Assembly: GCA_001873435.1 (NCBI GenBank)
Contig: MNZB01000001.1
Coordinates: 81,573-126,311, forward strand
DNA: 44,739 bases
DNA from: Candidatus Pacebacteria bacterium CG2_30_36_39
GTDB taxonomy: Bacteria; Patescibacteriota; Microgenomatia; UBA1400; PJMF01
Direction: 5' to 3'
The notes below the pieces were generated by a model, which worked only from the letters and a program-made list of their open reading frames with translations, had not been told where the DNA came from and did not search any database. The translations under genes were made by a program, and so were the position numbers. Below are positions 9,175 to 17,484 of the stretch, piece after piece (positions within the stretch are counted from its first letter, which is position 1; each line of letters starts with the position of its first letter).

Positions 9175-10082
9175 TAAATATTCCTTTCAAAAACTCTTAA
9201 TTTGGCACTTCTACTACGTGAATTTTCGGCAATTTCTTCTTCAGACGGAGTTTGAGCTTTATGGGTGATACGTATGCCTTGACCTTGAACCTCCCAATTG
9301 GTGAATGCATATTTGGCTAAACGATCTTCTCCTTCATGAAAAGCAATGGTAACAATTCTTCCTCCTGGTTTAATTAACTCCAAAGCTTGAGGTAATGCAT
9401 TTTCTATATTGCTCATTTCATCATTAACTACAATGCGTAGGGCTTGAAATACTTTTGTAGCAGGATGTAGGCGTCCTCGTTGATGACGACCAGCCATTGA
9501 AATTGCTTTAACCAATCCACCCACTGTTTCCAGCTGTTGGGAGTTTTGTTCACGCATTCGCACGATAACTTTGGCAATAGCATTAGCTTTTTCTTCTCCA
9601 CCAAATTCGCGAAAAATCCTAGCTAGTTCTTTTGCATTCAAAACCTTAAGTAGATCTGAAGCTTTAACACCAAGACGATTGTCCATTCTCATATCAAGAT
9701 CAGCTTGTTCGTTGCTAAAACTAAAGCCGCGATCATCGGCCATTAGTTGATCAGTACTAGTGCCGAAATCAAAGAGGACGCCAGAAATGGCATCAATACT
9801 ATTTATCTCTTGGAGATGTTTAATTGTTTGGGTTAATTTATCAAAATTTTCTCTAATCAAAATGAGTTTGCCGGCTTCAATTTCTTTGGCAAATTTTGCT
9901 TTACCAACATCTATTGCTTCTTGATCAAAGTCAAAGGCGATAACATTACCACCTTTTTCTAAAATTAAGCCAGTGTGTCCTCCAGCACCAAAAGTACAAT
10001 CTACATACCAGTTTTTTGGTGTAACTTTGAGTTGTTCTACGGCTTCGTTGAGCATGACAGTGATATGATCTGCGGTTTTCAT
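9174..10082 (-). CDS. rsmH: 16S rRNA (cytosine1402-N4)-methyltransferase RsmH/MraW
   Basis: 'HITVMLNEAV', 'DCTFGAGGH', 'FDFGTSTDQL' and 'SRSRSAKLRV' are RsmH signatures. There is a 4-nt ATGA overlap with mraZ. Confidence 0.92.
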   Translation of the reverse strand: MKTADHITVMLNEAVEQLKVTPKNWYVDCTFGAGGHTGLILEKGGNVIAFDFDQEAIDVGKAKFAKEIEAGKLILIRENFDKLTQTIKHLQEINSIDAISGVLFDFGTSTDQLMADDRGFSFSNEQADLDMRMDNRLGVKASDLLKVLNAKELARIFREFGGEEKANAIAKVIVRMREQNSQQLETVGGLVKAISMAGRHQRGRLHPATKVFQALRIVVNDEMSNIENALPQALELIKPGGRIVTIAFHEGEDRLAKYAFTNWEVQGQGIRITHKAQTPSEEEIAENSRSRSAKLRVFERNI

Positions 10083-10498
10083 TCAAGACTTTCTGCGATG
10101 CTGGCAGCATTTTTTTCTAGACCATCAACATACTGATGGTATGAATCACGCTCCCAGATCTCCACATAATCGAGACTGCCGACTACTACTAAATCTTTTT
10201 TCAACTTGGCAAACTCGATCAAGTAATTGGGCAGATTTACTCGACCGTTTTGGTCAGTTGAAATAGTTTGTGCTTCATTGGTCATTAGGCGAACAAAATC
10301 ACGATGAGCTTTTTTGGTAAAAATATGGGTTTCAGTAACTTTACGTAGACGTTCTTGAAAACTTTCAGCTGGAAAAACAAAAAGTCCTCCATCTAAACCT
10401 CTAGTAACAACCCAGTCTTTGGTAATTTCACGAAAAGTTTTTGGCAAAGAAACTCTGCCTTGTTCTTCGAGCGTGTGGTAGTAGGTTCCGATAAACAT
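10079..10498 (-). CDS. mraZ: Transcriptional regulator MraZ
   Basis: 'MFIGTYYHTLEEQGRVSLPKTFR' and a second 'DQNGRVNLPNYL' repeat show the duplicated SpoVT/AbrB-like MraZ architecture. First gene of the dcw block. Confidence 0.9.
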   Translation of the reverse strand: MFIGTYYHTLEEQGRVSLPKTFREITKDWVVTRGLDGGLFVFPAESFQERLRKVTETHIFTKKAHRDFVRLMTNEAQTISTDQNGRVNLPNYLIEFAKLKKDLVVVGSLDYVEIWERDSYHQYVDGLEKNAASIAESLE

Positions 10499-10509
10499 TT
10501 ATAAGTCTC

Positions 10510-10527
10510 TTTACCAATTTTTACCAA
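10510..10527 (-). promoter_or_regulatory. Candidate MraZ operator: two TTGGTAAA direct repeats at 10-bp spacing
   Basis: The minus strand reads TTGGTAAAAATTGGTAAA, 12 nt upstream of the mraZ ATG and just downstream of an AT-rich TATTAT/TATAT -10-like stretch. Confidence 0.4.
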
Positions 10528-10644
10528 ATATAATAATAACAGAGAAATACTAGAGTCGTAAATAGGAGAATTGCATTTTTTTTGCTATTAAAAACAAATC
10601 CTATAAAAAGTAAAAACCCGAAACTAATTTATGTTGAAATAAAC

Positions 10645-10675
10645 CAAAAAAAAAGCCCCATCTTGCGACGGGGCT
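10645..10675 (-). terminator. Rho-independent terminator after the 10701-11498 gene
   Basis: The minus strand reads AGCCCC-N10-GGGGCT followed by a run of 9 T. Confidence 0.75.
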
Positions 10676-10700
10676 GACAAATACAAAAAACTAAAAAAAC

Positions 10701-11498
10701 TTATTTCACCACCATATAAAGCTCAGTCAGAGGAACTGTAGCTGTAACCATCTTGCCATCAATTTGACTCTGATGTTTTTTCCAAGTGGTTCCATCCCAG
10801 GAAGCTATTTGCATTCCAGCAGTTTCTTCATTTGCTCTAATGGTTAAAATTGCTTCACCAGTTAGAGAACTGGAAGTTGCTAAGGAATAAATTTCAGAAA
10901 CAATTGTTCCTGGTGCTTTATCTGGATATCCTGGGGCATTAAAGATCACTAAATAGCGTTGTTGAGCTAATGGTTTGCCATCAATTTGGAATTTGGCATC
11001 CTTTGAAGTAAAGGCAACATTTTTAGCCTTATTATCTATATATTTCCAGTCTGATTTTAAGGCATAAGGATCTTCACCACCCACATATCTGGTTAAAAGC
11101 GAACCACCTTGGACTTCTTCATGATAAGTGCAGGCACCACCAGCTGAACAACTACCGAGCAAAATTTTTGTTGTAGTTGGTAATTTATCTAAATTTGTCT
11201 CTCCAAAAGCTCCCTGTAAAAGGGTACCAGCTTGGTATTCCAACTCATATTCCATGGTTGTAGCTTCCTTGCGCAGATTATAAGCATGAATCTGTAAATT
11301 ATGACCATCTGCCAATGGTTCAATGGTAATGTACGGTCGATCTTCAAGCGGAATAATATTGGTTGGTAAGCTTAACTTTTTCTTTTGGGTAGCAGCTGGT
11401 ACTTCCGCTGTTTTTTTGCTTTTTACAACCATAAAAATGCCAGCAATTAACAGGAGCAAGGCAATGCCGCCAATCATCATTAATTTTTGTTTTTTCAT
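10701..11498 (-). CDS. Membrane-anchored or exported hypothetical protein
   Basis: N-terminal signal-anchor 'MKKQKLMMIGGIALLLLIAGIFMVV' followed by a beta-rich hydrophilic domain with a 'CSAGGAC' Cys pair. I chose the start at ATG 11498 because of the SD AAAGGA 4 nt upstream; the listed 11513 start is a TTG. Confidence 0.6.
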   Translation of the reverse strand: MKKQKLMMIGGIALLLLIAGIFMVVKSKKTAEVPAATQKKKLSLPTNIIPLEDRPYITIEPLADGHNLQIHAYNLRKEATTMEYELEYQAGTLLQGAFGETNLDKLPTTTKILLGSCSAGGACTYHEEVQGGSLLTRYVGGEDPYALKSDWKYIDNKAKNVAFTSKDAKFQIDGKPLAQQRYLVIFNAPGYPDKAPGTIVSEIYSLATSSSLTGEAILTIRANEETAGMQIASWDGTTWKKHQSQIDGKMVTATVPLTELYMVVK

Positions 11499-11545
11499 TC
11501 TATCCTTTGCCAATTATTAATATTTAAAAGTCATTTTTAATGCAA

Positions 11546-12928
11546 CTAAGATAACATACTTTGCACTCGTTGCTCAACTTCTGCCAGAGATAATCTTTCT
11601 TGTTTGGTAGTATCGCGATCACGTAGTGTAACCGTGCCATCTTCAAGTGTTTGGTAATCAACTGTGACACAAAACGGAGTACCAATTTCATCTTGAGTAA
11701 CATAGCGCTTACCGATGTTGCCACGATCGTCCCAAACTGCTGGGGCTATTTTTTGTAAACTTTGGAATATCTCTTGAGCTTTATCAACTAGTTCTGGCTT
11801 GTTTTTTACTAATGGGAAAATAGCCACTTTATAAGGAGCTAGTTTGGCTGGGAGTTTGAGATAAGTTCTTTCTCCTTCAGTAATTAGGTTTTGTGCTAAA
11901 ACAGCAAGGAAAATACGGTTAATACCAAATGTTGGTTCAATAACATGTGGAATAAATTTATGTTGTGGATCATAAGGATCGGTATAGCGCAGATCTACGC
12001 CTGATTTTTCCATATGATTTCTTAGATCATAATCAGTGCGGTAAGCTAAACCAAACATTTCTTTAAAGCCAAAAGGAAATTGAAAATCAAGATCTTCTGT
12101 TCTAGTGGAATAGTGAGATCTTTCTTCATCAGAGTGAGTTCTCCAACGCAGATTTTTACTTTCAAGGCCCAATGATTCAGCAAATTCTTGCATGGTTTTT
12201 TTCCAGACTTCAAAAAGTTCTTCCCATGATTGTTTTTCAGAATCAAAGAAGTATTCAAATTCAGCTAAATTAAATTCAAGGGTGCGAAATACAAAGTTTC
12301 CTAAAGTAATTTCATTGCGGAAAGCTTTACCACTTTGAGCAATACCAAATGGCAGCTTGGGTCTCATGGTGTTTAATACATTTTTGAAGTTTACAAACAT
12401 ACCCTGAGCAATTTCGCCTCGAAGATAAGCTAGCGATTGAGATTCTTCGACAATGCCAACATTAGTTTCAAATAATAAGTTGAAAGAACGAACGTCAGTC
12501 CAGTCATGACCACCACAGGTTGGACAAGGAATTTGATAATCTGCAACCAAGGCAGTTAGTTCTTCTGGAGATTTACCTTCCACTTTTTCTTCTTTACCAT
12601 GTTTTTCAGTAAAATCTTCAATTAGATGGTCAGCTCTGGTTCTAGTGCGACAAGTTTTACAATCAATCAGAGCGTCAGTAAAACTAGCGGTATGACCAGA
12701 GGCTTCCCAGACTTTTGGACTCATTAAAATAGAACTATCAAGTCCAAACATATCTGATCTGTGAGTGACAAAATATTTCCACCAGTGATTAAGAATATTG
12801 CGAAGCAACTCTACACCCAGTGGTCCAAAATCATAGGTATTAGCCAAACCACCATAGATTTCTGATCCTGGAAAGATAAATCCACGACGCTTTGCAAGAG
12901 AAACGACATCATTCATGGTTGTTGGCAT
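11546..12928 (-). CDS. glyQS: Glycyl-tRNA synthetase, alpha2 (GlyQS) type
   Basis: 'LAKRRGFIFPGSEIYGGLANTYDFGPLG' and the class II motifs. Start set at ATG 12928 (MPTTMND...) with an AGGA SD. The listed TTG at 12952 lies in the terminator T-tract. Confidence 0.92.
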   Translation of the reverse strand: MPTTMNDVVSLAKRRGFIFPGSEIYGGLANTYDFGPLGVELLRNILNHWWKYFVTHRSDMFGLDSSILMSPKVWEASGHTASFTDALIDCKTCRTRTRADHLIEDFTEKHGKEEKVEGKSPEELTALVADYQIPCPTCGGHDWTDVRSFNLLFETNVGIVEESQSLAYLRGEIAQGMFVNFKNVLNTMRPKLPFGIAQSGKAFRNEITLGNFVFRTLEFNLAEFEYFFDSEKQSWEELFEVWKKTMQEFAESLGLESKNLRWRTHSDEERSHYSTRTEDLDFQFPFGFKEMFGLAYRTDYDLRNHMEKSGVDLRYTDPYDPQHKFIPHVIEPTFGINRIFLAVLAQNLITEGERTYLKLPAKLAPYKVAIFPLVKNKPELVDKAQEIFQSLQKIAPAVWDDRGNIGKRYVTQDEIGTPFCVTVDYQTLEDGTVTLRDRDTTKQERLSLAEVEQRVQSMLS

Positions 12929-12950
12929 TTTTTTATTCCTAGCTGGGTAC

Positions 12951-13150
12951 AAAAAAGTCCCCGCAATAATTACATTATGCTAGGGACCCTGCCGGGCGGT
13001 TCCACCCTGATTCCTTGTGTCTAAACACAAAGCTCTTTAAGTTTTAGTCTGTAACTAATTTTATTAAATTAGCTCGTTTGCCAAGACGAAAGACATCATT
13101 ATTATATTTTTCTTTCACCAAAGATGCAATTGGCGGGTTAAAAACTATTT
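12951..13150 (-). promoter_or_regulatory. T-box leader (glycine-type) with intrinsic terminator
   Basis: The minus strand reads GAATCAGGGTGGAACCGCCCGG (13013->12992) against the T-box consensus AAnnnGGGUGGnACCGCG. A terminator hairpin (12957-12989) and TTTTTT (12951-12956) follow. A Stem III-like hairpin spans 13013-13032. GGC-A lies at 13082->13079 and a GGTGAAA motif at 13119->13113. The 5' boundary is uncertain. Confidence 0.75.
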
Positions 13151-13693
13151 TACTCGTAAATATTCAAAACTTTTCATTTTTCGCTCAGTAATTTCAGCAA
13201 CATAATCAAGGATTGAGTGATGTGGAGTTTCTGTAAAGTTTTGATAACCAAGATATTCAATTAAATCACTTAGTAGTGGCTGGATGCGATTGTGTGATCG
13301 ATCTATAAGTACAGCCTCTCGCAGCTTAAGAGCTTGTAAATAGGCTTTTTGATCCCCATCCCCTTCCATGAATAAGCGATCAAAAACTTCTAAGATTTGG
13401 GATAGGCTACGGATGTCTGCCAAAGAGCTTCTAGTAGAGCTTTGTACAGGATCAAGCAACGAGGTTTGAGTGATAATTGGCATTGATTTGGTTTCAATGA
13501 CAAAGATTTTTACCAAATTTCCAGGCTCCAGGTGAGCACGTTTGCTAGATTTTAAACTACGGACTCCTTTGGCGATGCCAACTAGTTTGCCATGGTCCTG
13601 AGTGATGAAGGTTACAACTTTGTCTGTTTCGCCAACATTGGAGCGCTTGATAACAATTCCTTGGGTAATAAAAGATTTTGATTTGTTAAGCAT
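13145..13693 (-). CDS. recO: DNA repair protein RecO (short form)
   Basis: The N-terminal OB-fold pattern 'QGIVIKRSNVGETDKVVTFITQDHGKLVGIAKGVRSLKSSKRAHLEPGNLV' resembles RecO. It is only 182 aa and I see no Cys4 zinc-finger. Confidence 0.7.
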   Translation of the reverse strand: MLNKSKSFITQGIVIKRSNVGETDKVVTFITQDHGKLVGIAKGVRSLKSSKRAHLEPGNLVKIFVIETKSMPIITQTSLLDPVQSSTRSSLADIRSLSQILEVFDRLFMEGDGDQKAYLQALKLREAVLIDRSHNRIQPLLSDLIEYLGYQNFTETPHHSILDYVAEITERKMKSFEYLRVK

Positions 13694-13699
13694 GTTGGT

Positions 13700-15715
13700 C
13701 TAAAAAGGAATTTCCACCAAACTGTCTTTATTGACTAGAATTTTTTCTTCTCCGCCATTGACGTCAAAAAGAGTTTCAAAGTCATCTACTCCACCCTGTT
13801 TCCAAAGATGAATGCGATAGGTTTTTTCATCAGTGTAAGGTACTTTGTAAGTTAGTTTGAGTTTGGCAGAGCCAAGTGGTTCTAGAATAAAGAAGCCGTC
13901 AATAACTTGCATTCCATTTTCTTCATAGGTAACTGGTTCAGTGGTAAAGCCTTGAGCAGAGATTAGTTCTGATCCAGCTGGGATATAAAGACGTGTCCAA
14001 TCTCTCAAGGTTGAATTTAAACATAGTTTTCCGGCTTCAAGATTGCAGTTATCTGCTTTGCGAGTATTGCGATAAGTGATTTCTACAGATTTTTCTAGCA
14101 TACCCGATTCCGGTATCAGTATTTCTTGTTTTACATCGTAATTAACAAATAGATTTGATTTTGCTCCACCCAAATTGGCATTAATAATGGCCAAGAAGTC
14201 ATTGCCATTTTCTTGAGCAATCATTCTGCCAGCAGCATTAACTGTTTCAGCTGCAGTTTGAGCTTGTTCTGCAGTGAAATATAACTGAATATGTTTACCT
14301 TCAAGATCTCCCCACATTAGTTGAAAAAGCTCTGGCCATTTTTCTTTGGGAGCGCTATAGGCTTTTTGTAAAGTTGATTGCATAAGTGGACCAAGGATGC
14401 CTTTGCGATCTTCTCTGAGGTATGGAGTTGGCTTGGTGATGATTTCTGAGAGAGCATAAACTACCTGAGCACAGCCATCACAACGATTATCTGGCTCAGC
14501 ACTGAAAGTTCCATAGGCTGGGACTTGAACTGGACCTAAAACACTTAAAAGATCAGTTAGAACCTTAGTATCAACAGCAATAATGCCGTCAATATCTGTT
14601 GGTTCGCCTCTTACCGTTTTATATTGTTCGTAAAATTGTTCCATAGAGAGTTTGAAGTCTGGCGAGATGTTCATGTCACGCAAGTGCCAGTATTTTTCTG
14701 TGGTTAGGTATTTGCCTAAAGCTTCTGGAATTGGTAAGCGTTTGGTAAATTTTTGATCTAGTTCATAAATATCATCTGATTTTTCTGGGGTGACTTTACC
14801 ATTTTCAACATAGATAACGGCGTAAGCAGTTAAGAAACCTCCGGTTGGACGTAGTTCGTTGTCGTTTTGGAAAAGAACTAGATATTTTTTACGTTCGCCT
14901 TTACCACCAGCAAGATCAGGCAATTGTTCAAGGACGGGCCTAAATTCTATAAATCCATCTACTCCGTCTTTAAACATGGTTTGTATTTCGGTAATTCTGC
15001 TACGAATTGGTTGGTTTTTAATAGTTTTTGGATAGTGATTGGGATTAATGGCTAATAGTTCAGTTTCAGCTATTTTAAGATCTTGAGTAATAGCGTCAAA
15101 TGATGGCATGACTTTATCAAGAGTATCGATTAAGATTTTGATTCTATCCTCTGCAGTACCACCAGTGAAAGAATCTTCGCCTTGAAAACCCAAGACATCG
15201 GCATAGGGAACTAGTTCGGCAATAGCTTTTTGAGCAGCGGCTAGACCAGCTTCTCCTGCTTTGAAAACATGTTCGCCATCAACGTAGTACCAACTGGCTA
15301 TTGGAACATAGCGATAGAAGTTTAGTTTTTGATATGTTTGTTGTAATTCTGTTAATCCTGTTTGGAGAGTTGCCAACTCTTTTTGAGTATTGGGTAGATC
15401 TTGGGCCTTGAAAGTAGCGTAAGCTTGTTTGGCAGTTGCCATCGATGTTTCTGCTTGAGTTTTGAATTGTTTGATTATTACAAATGTATAGATTCCAATA
15501 ATTAAAATTAAACTTAGGACAATACTGGCGGCAATTAATAGAGGTTTTTTCCAAGGTTGAACTTTTTTGGGTTTTTTTTCAAGTTCAACAATTTCTTCAT
15601 GATTCTCTGTTTTTAGTTCATGAGATTTCTTGGCAAAAATAGCAGCGATTAAAGATTTTTTTTCTTCAGCGGTTGGTTCACTGACAACATCAACCATAGG
15701 CTCTTGTTCAGTCAT
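13700..15715 (-). CDS. DUF4012-domain membrane-anchored protein
   Basis: Single TM ('LLIAASIVLSLILIIGIYTFVII') and a large extracytoplasmic domain. 'NDNELRPTGGFLTAYAVIYVENGK' resembles the DUF4012 core motif. Confidence 0.7.
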   Translation of the reverse strand: MTEQEPMVDVVSEPTAEEKKSLIAAIFAKKSHELKTENHEEIVELEKKPKKVQPWKKPLLIAASIVLSLILIIGIYTFVIIKQFKTQAETSMATAKQAYATFKAQDLPNTQKELATLQTGLTELQQTYQKLNFYRYVPIASWYYVDGEHVFKAGEAGLAAAQKAIAELVPYADVLGFQGEDSFTGGTAEDRIKILIDTLDKVMPSFDAITQDLKIAETELLAINPNHYPKTIKNQPIRSRITEIQTMFKDGVDGFIEFRPVLEQLPDLAGGKGERKKYLVLFQNDNELRPTGGFLTAYAVIYVENGKVTPEKSDDIYELDQKFTKRLPIPEALGKYLTTEKYWHLRDMNISPDFKLSMEQFYEQYKTVRGEPTDIDGIIAVDTKVLTDLLSVLGPVQVPAYGTFSAEPDNRCDGCAQVVYALSEIITKPTPYLREDRKGILGPLMQSTLQKAYSAPKEKWPELFQLMWGDLEGKHIQLYFTAEQAQTAAETVNAAGRMIAQENGNDFLAIINANLGGAKSNLFVNYDVKQEILIPESGMLEKSVEITYRNTRKADNCNLEAGKLCLNSTLRDWTRLYIPAGSELISAQGFTTEPVTYEENGMQVIDGFFILEPLGSAKLKLTYKVPYTDEKTYRIHLWKQGGVDDFETLFDVNGGEEKILVNKDSLVEIPF

Positions 15716-15746
15716 AGCTGTCAGTATAGCAAATTTCTAGATATTT

Positions 15747-16376
15747 TTACCACTTAGAGATCATGGCTTTGGGGGTTCTGAGAATAATTCTAATATCATT
15801 CCAGATATTTTTTGTTTTAGCGTATTCTGCATCCATTTTGGCTCGTTGGACAAAAGGAATTTCATTACGACCACTAGTTTGCCAGGGTCCAGTAATGCCT
15901 GGCTTGATAGAGAGAATGGCCTTCACATATTTTTTGGTTTCAGGGTATTTTCTAGTTTGTTCATCAAGTTCTTCTTGCATGTAGGCACGTGGACCTATCA
16001 TGCTCATTTCGCCTTTAATAACGTTGAAAAGTTGAGGAAATTCATCAATAGTGAGAGCTCTTAGAACTTTGCCAAGTTTGGTAATACGAGGGTCTTCATT
16101 AGCTGGAAACTTCCAATCGCCTTTTTTGAATTTTTCTAATAACTTAGGATCTTGTTTATGTAAAATTTCGTGAGCATTGTTGACCATTGAACGAAATTTT
16201 TTAATTGCAAACTTTTGTCCATCTTTACCAACTCGTTGGTGACTAAAGAAGATAGGAAAACCATCGCTAATGATAATTAAAACAGGAACAATAAGCCAAA
16301 AAGGCAAGAAAACGATCATGAGTGCAAAGGCTACTAGTAGATCTAAGATTCTTTTTTGTTGGTCGTAATTTAACAT
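15747..16376 (-). CDS. Small (monotopic) polyprenyl-phosphate phosphoglycosyl transferase, bacterial sugar transferase family
   Basis: 'KRILDLLVAFALMIVFLPFWLIV' re-entrant helix, plus the 'DEFPQLFNVIKGEMSMIGPRA' and 'KPGITGPWQ' signatures. Confidence 0.9.
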   Translation of the reverse strand: MLNYDQQKRILDLLVAFALMIVFLPFWLIVPVLIIISDGFPIFFSHQRVGKDGQKFAIKKFRSMVNNAHEILHKQDPKLLEKFKKGDWKFPANEDPRITKLGKVLRALTIDEFPQLFNVIKGEMSMIGPRAYMQEELDEQTRKYPETKKYVKAILSIKPGITGPWQTSGRNEIPFVQRAKMDAEYAKTKNIWNDIRIILRTPKAMISKW

Positions 16377-16380
16377 AAGT

Positions 16381-17484
16381 CTATAAATATTCTTTACGTT
16401 GCTCTGTTTTAAGTTTTTCTACAATCTTTTTTACGTCTTGAGATTGATCTTTAGGGCAGATCATTAGTATCTCATCTGTGTCTACCACCACCATGTTTTT
16501 TAAGCCAACCAAAGCTACCAACCGACCATTAGTATGAACTAAATTACCCTCAGAATTAATGGCAATTGTCATTACTTTATCGTCATCACCAACCACTACA
16601 TTAGTTTCATTATCTTTATCGCCCAGATCATAAACAACTTTCCAATCACCAACATCGCTCCAACCAAAGTCACCAGGAATTAGGACGAGATTATCTGCTT
16701 TTTCGCTAATGGCATAATCAATGGAGATTGCGTCAGCTCCATCATAAACTGCTGGTAGTGCTTGATGAAATTTTTCTGCTGATAAAGTATCAAGGTTTTT
16801 AGTACATTCATAAAGTGAGGGCATGTGTTTTTTGAATGATTTTTTCAAGGTTTCTGCTGTCCAAACATACATATTGGCATTCCAAAAGTATTTGCCGGTG
16901 GCAATAAATTGTTGGGCTGTTTTAGCATCTGGTTTTTCGGTAAAACTATCAACTTTGTATAAAGGTACTTTGTTTTTTAGCTCCTTAATTTTTTTATCGA
17001 TTTTTATATAGCCAAAAGCACTAGTGGGAAAAGTTGGCAAGATACCAACGGTGACCAAGTTTTCACTTTCTGTAGCTGCTTGAATTGTGCCTTCCATGAC
17101 TTTAACAAATTCATCCTCATTAATAATAGTGTGGTCTGAGGCAGCATTTAAAATAATTGCTTTTGGATCAAGGCTTTTGGCAAAAAGTGAGCCAACCAAC
17201 ATTGCCAGAGCAGTGTCTTTTTTTTCTGGTTCAGCCAAGATATTAATGGCTGGAACTTGGGGTAATTGTTTTTTTACTTCATCAGCATATTTTTCATTAG
17301 TGACCACAATAATATGTTCAGCATCAACTAGTTTGGAAACACGTTCGGCTGCAATTTGAATCATGGTTTTTTGACCATAGAGTTTTAAAAATTGTTTAGG
17401 GGTTTTATTTCTAGATTTTGGCCACAAACGTGTGCCACCTCCACCAGCTAAAATAACTGCATAGGCGTGTGGATAAGTTTTCAT
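16381..17484 (-). CDS. manC: Mannose-1-phosphate guanylyltransferase (nucleotidyltransferase domain only)
   Basis: 'AVILAGGGGTRLWPKSR...PKQFL' at the N-terminus and 'GDFGWSDVGDW'. No C-terminal cupin/PMI domain. Confidence 0.85.
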   Translation of the reverse strand: MKTYPHAYAVILAGGGGTRLWPKSRNKTPKQFLKLYGQKTMIQIAAERVSKLVDAEHIIVVTNEKYADEVKKQLPQVPAINILAEPEKKDTALAMLVGSLFAKSLDPKAIILNAASDHTIINEDEFVKVMEGTIQAATESENLVTVGILPTFPTSAFGYIKIDKKIKELKNKVPLYKVDSFTEKPDAKTAQQFIATGKYFWNANMYVWTAETLKKSFKKHMPSLYECTKNLDTLSAEKFHQALPAVYDGADAISIDYAISEKADNLVLIPGDFGWSDVGDWKVVYDLGDKDNETNVVVGDDDKVMTIAINSEGNLVHTNGRLVALVGLKNMVVVDTDEILMICPKDQSQDVKKIVEKLKTEQRKEYL

